A stretch of DNA of 64,000 bases from Hyalangium minutum. Its GTDB lineage: Bacteria > Myxococcota > Myxococcia > Myxococcales > Myxococcaceae. The DNA lies in contig NZ_JMCB01000001.1 of assembly GCF_000737315.1 (NCBI RefSeq), forward strand, positions 124,001-188,000, given 5' to 3'. The notes under the pieces were generated by a model. That model was not told the origin of the DNA and did no database searches. It was given only the letters and a program-made list of their open reading frames with translations. Positions 19,001 through 28,000 of this stretch are shown here, piece by piece (within the stretch, counting starts at the first letter, position 1; each line of letters starts with the position of its first letter). The position numbers were made by a program, and so were the translations under genes.

Positions 19001-22000
19001 CGCTGGGTGACCCGATCGAGATCACCGGCCTCAACAAGGCGTTCCGGGAGCACACGCAGGACCGGCAGTTCTGCGCCATCGGCTCGGTGAAGACCAACGT
19101 GGGGCACCTGGAGTCCGCCGCGGGCATCGCCTCGCTCACCAAGGTGCTGCTGCAGCTGCGGCACCAGCAGCTCGCACCCTCGCTGCATGCGGAGACGCTC
19201 AACCGGAATATCGACTTCGGCAGCTCGCCGTTCTTCGTGCAGCGGGAGCTGGCGCCCTGGCCAAGCCCGGCCGTGACGGGGCCCGATGGAAGGGTGCGGA
19301 CCCTGCCCCGCCGCGCGGCGATCAGCTCCTTCGGGGCGGGCGGCGCGAACGCGCACCTCATCCTCGAGGAGTACGTGGCGCCTCGCGCGGAGCGCCCCCA
19401 GGCCTTGGGGCCCGAGCTGGTGCTGCTGTCAGCGAAGAACACCGGGCGCCTGCGGGCCTACGCGAGCCGGCTGAAGCAGCACCTGCGGCGCCTCCAGTCC
19501 TCGGCCGGGGCCATGCCCCCGCTGGGAGACCTTGCCTACACGCTCCAGGTGGGCCGAGAGGCGCTCGAGGAGCGTCTGGCGCTGGTGGTCGGCAGCGTGG
19601 ACGAGCTGGTAGTCCGGCTGGAGGAGTTCGAGCAGGGCCAGCTCCACGGAGCTCAGGCGTACCTCGGCCGCGTGCCGGAGGAGCGCACCGCCGCCGCGGA
19701 GGTGGAGCTGCCCCGCGCCCAGGAGCTCATCCGCCGCAGGGACTGGGCCACGCTGGCCCGGCTGTGGGTGGAAGGCCACTCCGTCCCCTGGGGCGAGGTG
19801 TACCTCGGCCAGGGCCGCCGCGTGTCGCTGCCCACCTACCCCTTCGAGCGGAAGCGCTTCTGGGTGCCGCTGAGTCACCCCAGCGCCAAGGCTCCCCAGG
19901 CCGCTGCCGCGCTGCACCCGCTGCTCGACCGGGCCGTACCGAGCCTGAACGGGACCGTCTTCGAGAAGCGCTTCCGGCGCGACGAGCCCCTGCTGCGGGA
20001 TCACCATGTCCGGGGCAAGCCCGTGGTAGCGGGCGTGGTCCAACTGGAGATGGTACGTGCGGCCGTAGCGGCGGCCGGCGCTGGGGCCCTGTCCTCCCTG
20101 AACGACGTGGTGTGGCTCTCCACCGTGGAAGTGTCCACGGACTCGACCCTGGTGCAGCTCGCCTTGACACCTCGGGAGGATGGTTTCTCCTACGAGGTGA
20201 GCATCCCGGGCACCGCCAGCACCTGCTCCCGGGGCCGCGTACGGTTCCAGGACACAGAGCCCTCGGGCACGCCACCCCGGGTGGATCTCCAGGCGCTTCA
20301 GGCGAGGTGCCAGCAGCGCATCGGCAAGGCAGCGCTGTACGAAGGCTTCCGCGCGGTCGGCCTGGAATACGGGCCTTCCTTCCAGTGCGTGGAGGAGCTC
20401 TGGGTGCACGGCCGTGAGGTCGTCGGGGAGCTGCGCCTGGGAGCCCAGGCCGCGCCAGAGCTCGAACACTTCGCGCTGCACCCCTCGCTGGTGGATGCGG
20501 CGCTGCATACGCTCCAGGGACTGACTGCGGGGGAGTCCAGCAACGGCGAGCCGCAGACCCTGATCCCCTTCTCGGTGGCCGAGGTGCGGGTGTATGGCCG
20601 GCTGCCAGCGCGGTGCTTCGCGTATGCGCAGCTGCGCGAGAACAACCGGGAGAGCGGCGTGGCCCGGTTCAACATGGCCATCCTCGACGAGTCCGGCCAG
20701 TGCCTCGTGCTGTTCAAGGACTTCGCTGCACGGCGGCTCCGCGTAGCGCACGGGCCTGCCGCAGCGCCCATCCACGAGGCAGCCCCCCTTCCAGCGTCCG
20801 TCCCCAGCTCGGGCTTCTTCTACCAGCCGCTCTGGAAGGAGCAGCCGCTGCCCGCCGTCGAGGCCCCCTCGAAGCCCGAGGGTGGCACGGTGCTCATCTT
20901 CACCCACCCGCAGGACTGCGGGCTGGGTGCCCGGCTTGCGGCGCAGTACGGCGAGCACCGGGCCGTCCTCGTCAGCCTGGAGGACGCATGGAACGCCGAG
21001 AGCCCTGGGCTCTTGCGCATCAACCACCGTGACGCGAATCACTACTCGCACGTGCTCGCGCAGCTGCGAGAGCCGTCGGCCATCTACTTCCTCGGTGGCA
21101 TGCAGTCCAAGCGCTATAGCGCCAATGACGTGCAGCACCTGGCGCGCATGGAGGAGCGGGGTGTGGTCTCCCTGCTGCGGCTGGCCCGCGGCCTCGCGGC
21201 GCACCCTCCCGGCGCCATCCCGCTGAAGGTCGTCACCAACGACGTGTACCGCGTGCGCGAACGGGACGCCGCGTTCAACCCCTTCGCCAGCGCACTCGTT
21301 GGTTTCACCAAGGTCCTCTCTCGCGAGTTCCGCCAGCTCCAGGTGAGCTGCATCGACGTGGCGAAGGCCGAGCTCGACGCCGGTGAGGACACCGCAGCCG
21401 CAGTGCTGCGCGGTCTGCTAGCGGAGCCGGGCCTTAGCGCCGCCCTCCAGAGCGCGCTAAGGGAGGGCCGGCGCTTCGTCCAGCACCTCCATGCGGTGGA
21501 GCTGCCCGAGACAGCGCCGCAGGCGCTGTCCTTCGTGGACCGCGGCGTGTACCTCATCCTCGGAGGGGCGGGCGGCCTGGGGCTCGTTGTCGCTGAGCAC
21601 CTGGCCCGGCGGTGCAGGGCCCGGCTGGTGCTGGTCGGGCGCAGCCCGCTGCGCGAGGAGACCCGCCGCCGCATGCAGGCCATCGAAGCCGCAGGGGGTG
21701 AGGCGCTCTACCTCCAGGCAGATCTGTGCGACGTGGCGGCCATGCGGAACGTGGTCCTCCAGACACGCGCTCGCTTCGGCCCCATCTCCGGCGTCATCCA
21801 CTCGGCCATCGTCCTCCAGGACGGCGTCATCGGGCGCATGACGGAGGAGCAGCTGCGCGCGGCGCTGGCCCCGAAGGCACGCGGACTGGTCGTCCTGCAC
21901 CACGTGCTGGAAGCCGAGCCGCTCGACTTCATCGCCTGCTTCTCCTCGGCGCTCTCCTTCACGAGCGCGCCGGGCCAGGCCAACTACGCCGCGGCCTCCA

Positions 22001-25000
22001 CCTTCGAGGACTGCTTCGCCCTGTACCTCGAGCACCGGATGCAGCGCCCGGTGCGTGTCTTCAACTGGGGCTTCTGGGGCGACATCGGCATCGTCGCCAC
22101 GGACACCTACCGCGAGCGCATGGCCCGCCGCGGCATCGAAGCCCTCACCCGCGAAGAAGGCCTGCTCGCCTTCGACCGCGTCATGGCCGGCCGCGCCACT
22201 CAGATCTCTCCCATCAAGCTCCATCCGGAGCTCCTGGAGTCCTTCCACATGGACGCAACCCAGCTTCGGGCCCCCTACCCCGAGACTTTCCCCTCGGTGA
22301 TGACGCCCGTGACCACCCGGCTCGACGGCTTCATCCAGCAGGGCCCGGACATCCCCGGCAACGCGGAGCTGCTGCCGCTGGAGCAGCACGGACGGCTGCT
22401 GCTCCTCCAGGCCTTCCAGGAGATGGGCGCGCTGAGGAACCCTGGCGAGCGCCACACCCTCGGCGAGCTCCGGGAGCGGCTGCGCATCCTGCCCGCTTAT
22501 TCGCGGCTCTACGACGCGATGCTGGACATCCTCTCCAAGGGCGGCTTCGTGCGGCTGGCGGGAGACTCGCTCGAGGCGACGCCCGAGGTTCGCTCCTCGC
22601 ACGCGACGCCGCAAGGCATCCGGGCTCACCGCGAGTCCATGCTGGCGCGGCTGCCAGACGGGCGTGCCTTCCTGGAGCTGGTGGAGGCGTGTGTCGGCTC
22701 CTTGCCCGACGTGCTCACCGGCCGGAAGTCCCACATGGAGGTGATGTTCCCCGGCGGCTCCAAGACGCTCGTGGAGAACGTCTACAAGGGCAACCGGCGC
22801 TCGGACTACTTCAACGATCTGGTCGTCCAGAGCGTGCTGGCGGTGCTGGAAAAGCGCCTGGGAGACTCGCGGCAGGAGAAGATCGCCCTGCTGGAGATCG
22901 GCGCGGGGACGGGCGGCACGAGCGGCCGCGTGTTCGAAGCCATCCAGGCTCACGGCTCGCGCCTGACGTACGACTACACGGACATCTCCAAGAGCTTCGC
23001 GACGCACGGCCAGCGAACCTTCGGCCGCCGCTTCCCCTTCGCATCCTTCAAGGTGCTGGATGTGGAGAAGGACGTCATCGCGCAGGGCTTCAAACCTGGC
23101 GCCTATGATCTCATCCTGGCCACCAACGTTCTGCACGCCACGCGGAACATGACCCACACGCTGCGCCAAGCCAAGGCGCTGCTGAAGACGAACGGCGTGC
23201 TCGTCATCAACGAAGTCACGGTGGTCCAAGACTTCACCACGCTGACGTTCGGACTGACGAGCGGGTGGTGGCTGTTCGAGGATGCGAACCTGCGGCTGCC
23301 GCACTCGCCGCTGCTGGGGCTCAAGGAGTGGCGCTCGGCGCTGGAGAGCCAGGGCTTCCGCCGCGTCATGGGCTTCGGCCTGCCTCGGGGGCGCCCGGAG
23401 GTGGACGGGCAAAACGTCATTCTCTCGGAGAGCGATGGCTGGCTCGACACCTCGCGCAAGCAAGCCCCGTCCGCCCCCGAGCCGCGAGCCGCGAGCTCCA
23501 TGTTGAGCAGCACGGCGCAGCGCTGGACTCCCCCCGCCGCGCCGCAGCCGAGCGCTCCCGCCGCGGCCCAGCTGCCGCCCGCGCCCCCGGCGCGGACCGA
23601 GCCGCAGAAGCACGCGATACCGCCGCCGCCAGCGGCCGAAGCCATCCGGTACCGCCCCCCGGAGGAGCCCCTCGAGCACCGCGTGGTGGCTCCTCCGCCC
23701 GCCCCTGTGCCCGCCCGGGTGGTGGCCTCCTCACCCGTCCCGGCCGACCGGGACGAAGCCCTGCGCGAACACACCCTCACGCTCCTGCGAAGCACCCTCG
23801 CCCAGGTGTTGAAGATGGAGGCCGCGGAGCTGGAGCCGGGCGCCACCTTCGAGTCCTACGGCGTGGACTCGCTGGTGGGCATGGACTTCCTGGACAAGCT
23901 GGAGGGCGACTTCCCCAGCCTGCCCAAGACGCTGCTCTTCGAGCACATCACGCTCGATCAGCTCACCGCCCATTTCCTGCGGACCTTCCCAGAGGTGCTG
24001 CGGCGCAAGTTCGGCGGCAGCCTCGCGGCAGTGCCTCGGTCCCCACTCGCGGCGGAGCGCGCCCCCGCTGCCACGGAGCCCTCCGCGGCGTCCCGGCCCA
24101 CCGAGTCCGGTCGCGCCGCAGCCACGCTCATGGATGCGGCCTCCTTGTTCGGGGAGCCGCCGCCGGCTCCTGCCCAAACCGGAGTCCGTGAAGAGCGCAC
24201 CCCGGCCTCCACGCGCGTGGAGGGCATCGCCATCATCGGCATGAGCGGCCGCTACCCGCAGGCCGAGGATACACGCGCCTTCTGGGAGAACCTGCGTCAG
24301 GGCCGCTCCGCCTTCTCCGAGGTGCCGCCAGAGCGGTGGAGCCACAGCGCCTACCACGACGACACGGGAGAGCGCCCAGGCACCACGTACCACCGGTGGG
24401 GCGCGTTCATCGGGGACGTGGACAAGTTCGATCCGCTCTTCTTCGGCATCGCCCCGCGCGAGGCGCAGCTCATGGATCCTCAGGAGCGGCTCTTCCTGGA
24501 GACAGCCTGGGCCACGCTGGAGGACGCGGGCTGGACGAGCGCGCGGCTCAACCGCTCCGCGCACGCGGACGGGGGACAAGGCGTGGGCGTCTTCGTGGGG
24601 GTGATGTACGGGCCCTACCAGCTGCTCGCGGCCGAGGAGTGGGCACGCGGCAACCGGGTGGACGCCCAGTCCGCCTACTGGTCCATCCCCAACCGGGTCT
24701 CCTACGCCTTCGACTTCCGAGGGCCGAGCCTCGCGGTGGACACGGCATGCTCCTCGTCGCTCACCGCCATCCACCTGGCCTGCGAGAGCCTCCGCCGAGG
24801 CGAGTGCCGGGCCGCACTCGTGGGTGGCGTCAACCTCATCCTCCACCCCAGCCACCACGTGGGGTTGGGGAAGATGTCCATGCTCTCGCGAGACGGGAGC
24901 TGCCGAGCCTTTGGTGAGGGCGCCAGCGGCTTCGTGGCGGGTGAGGGCGTGGGCGCCGTGCTGCTCAAGCCCCTGGCCGACGCCATCCGCGACGGGGACC

Positions 25001-28000
25001 GCATCCACGGTGTCATCCTCGGCTCGGCCGTCAACAGCAACGGCAGGACGAACGGCTACACCGTGCCCAGCCCCAGCGCCCAGGCGGATCTGATCGAGAC
25101 GGCGCTAAAGCGGGCCGGCGTGGATCCGCGGACGATCTCCTACGTGGAGGCGCAGGCCGTGGGCTCCACCCTGGCGGACCCGATCGAGGTGTCTGGCCTC
25201 ACCAAGGCCTTCGAGCGCTTCACCCGCGAGCGGGGCTTCTGCGCGCTCGGCTCGGTGAAGCCCAACATCGGCCACCTCGAGGCGGCCTCGGGCGTGGCGC
25301 AGCTCACCAAGGTGCTGCTGCAGCTCCAGCACGGGCAGCTGGCGCCCTCGGTGGGCTCCGAGCGGTTGAACCCCTATATCGACTTCGAGAACTCGCCCTT
25401 CTTCGTGCAGCGGCAAGCCAGCGAGTGGCCCGAGCCGCGCGATCCCGTCACCGGGCGGCGCATTCCGAGGCGGGCCGCCGTCAGCTCCTTCGGGGCGGGA
25501 GGCGCCAATGCCCACCTCCTCATCGAGGAGTACGTGGCCCCTCGGGAGGCTGCGGTGTCCCGGGATGATGGGCGGCCTCAGCTCGTCACCCTGTCGGCGA
25601 AGCGTCCGGAACGGCTGACAGAGCAGGCCCGGAGGCTGCGCGACTTCCTCGTCGGGTCTCTGGCGTCCACGCGGACGGCCCCTCCGCTCGCGGACGTGGC
25701 GTACACGCTCCAGACGGGCCGAGAGGCCATGGGGACGCGGCTGGCGGTGCTGGCACGGGATCTCCCCTCTCTGCTGGGCGCGCTCGAGCGCTTCCTGGCG
25801 GGCCAGGACGCGCCCGGCCAGTTGTTCACGGGCGCGGTGAAGAAGTCCACGCGCCCCATGCCGCTGCCCGCGGACTCCGTACGCCAGGCGCGGGATGCGG
25901 GCCAGCTGGAGCCGCTCGCCTCGGCGTGGGCCAGCGGCTCGGAGGTGGACTGGGAGCTGCTGCACGAGGGGCAGCCTCGCAAGCGCCTTGCGCTGCCCAC
26001 CTACCCGTTCGCCCGGGAGCGCTACTGGCTGGATGTGTCCGCGCAGCCCGCGGCACTACCGATGGAGTCCTCGACTCCCGCCCCGGAGCCCGCCCCCCTG
26101 CCGCCCGCTCCCGCCCAGCTCCCCAACACCCAGGAGGTCCGTGTGACAGAGGACGGCACCCTGACCCGACGCGTCCAGGAGGTGCTGGTGAAGAGCATCT
26201 CCGAGATCCTCGGCGTCCGCGGCGAGGACGTGGATCTCGACGAGCACGTGAGCGACTACGGGTTCGACTCCATCTCGCTCACGAAGTTCGCGGCGCTCCT
26301 CAACAAGAACCACGGACTGGACGTCAGTCCCACGATCTTCTTCGAGCACGCCACCATCAGCAGCTTCGCGGACTACCTGGTCCGTGAGTACCGCGACGTG
26401 CTCGCGCGGGCCCTGCTGTCCACGGACGTGCAGGCGCCCCCCGCCGCTGCGAAGCCCCAGGCTCCCGCGCCTCGGGCCGCCGCGACCCAGGCTCCTGTCG
26501 CCACTCCGGCCCCGGGCGACGTCCGCGCTGTCGAGCCCATCGCCATCATCGGCATGGCTGGCCGCTTCCCAGGCTCGCCGAACCTGGCCCGCTACTGGGA
26601 GAACCTGATGGCCGGAAAGGATCTCGTCACGGAGATCCCTCGGGACCGCTTCGACTGGCGGGACTTCTACGGCGATCCGCAGAAGGATCCCACGAAGACG
26701 CCGTCGCGGTGGGGCGGCTTCCTGCAGGACGTGGATCGGTTCGACGCGCTCTTCTTCAGCATCTCGCCGCGCGAGGCGCGATCGATGGATCCGCAGCAGC
26801 GCCTCTTCCTGGAGACGGTCTGGCAGGCCATCGAAGACGCGGGCTATCCGCCCTCCCAGCTCGCGGGCACCTCCACGGGCCTGTTCGTGGGAGTGGCCGG
26901 CAGCGAGTACTCCCACCTGCTGGAGCAGTCGGGTGCGGAGATCGACGGTCAGGCGGCCACTGGCAACGCGCACAGCATCCTGGCCAACCGCGTCTCGTTC
27001 CTGTTGGATCTCCATGGCCCCAGCGAGCCGGTGGACACCGCGTGCTCCAGCTCCCTGGTCGCGGTGCATCGGGCCGTGGCGGCCATCCAGGCGGGCGAGT
27101 GCGACCTGGCGATCGCCGGCGGCGTCAACGTCCTGCTGACACCGGCCGGGTTCCTTGCCTTCGGCAAGTCCGGCATGCTGGCCGGTGACGGCCGGTGCAA
27201 GACGTTCGACCAGAAGGCGGACGGCTACGTCCGCGGCGAAGGCGTGGGGGCCGTGCTGCTCAAGCCGCTCAGCCGGGCGCTGGCGGACGGAGACACCATC
27301 TACGCCGTCGTCAAGGGCTCCGCCGTCAACCATGGAGGCCGGGCCAACTCGCTCACCGCGCCCAACCCCAACGCTCAGGCGGACCTCGTCATGCGCGCGG
27401 TGCGCAAGGCGGGCGTGGCGCCAGAGTCGATCGGCTACATTGAGGCGCACGGGACGGGGACCTCCCTGGGCGATCCCATCGAGATCAACGGCCTCAAGCG
27501 GGCCTTCCGCGAGCTGGGACTGGGTGGCACGGAGGCCTGGCGGCGCAAGTCCTGTGGGCTGGGCACCGTCAAGACCAACATCGGCCACCTGGAGACGGCC
27601 GCGGGCATCGCCGGGCTCATCAAAGTGCTGCTGGCGCTGCGCCACAAGAAGCTGCCGCCGCTCGTGCACTTCCAGCAGCTCAACGAGTACATCGACCTGG
27701 AGGACAGCCCCTTCTACGTCGTGGATAAGGCCCGGGATTGGGAGCCCGCGCGAGACGCCCGAGGCGCTGCCCTGCCACGACGCGCCGGGATCAGCTCCTT
27801 CGGCTTCGGTGGCGTCAACGTGCACCTGGTGCTGGAGGAGCATGAAGTCCCGGCCCCTCCCGAGCAGCTGTCCGGTGAAGGAGAGGCCATCCTCCTGTCC
27901 GCCCGGAGCACGGAGCGCCTGAAAGCATACGCGGAGGACTTCATCACCTTCCTGGAGGCGGTGGAGGCAGCCCCGGAGGAGCAACGCACCCGGTTGGCGG

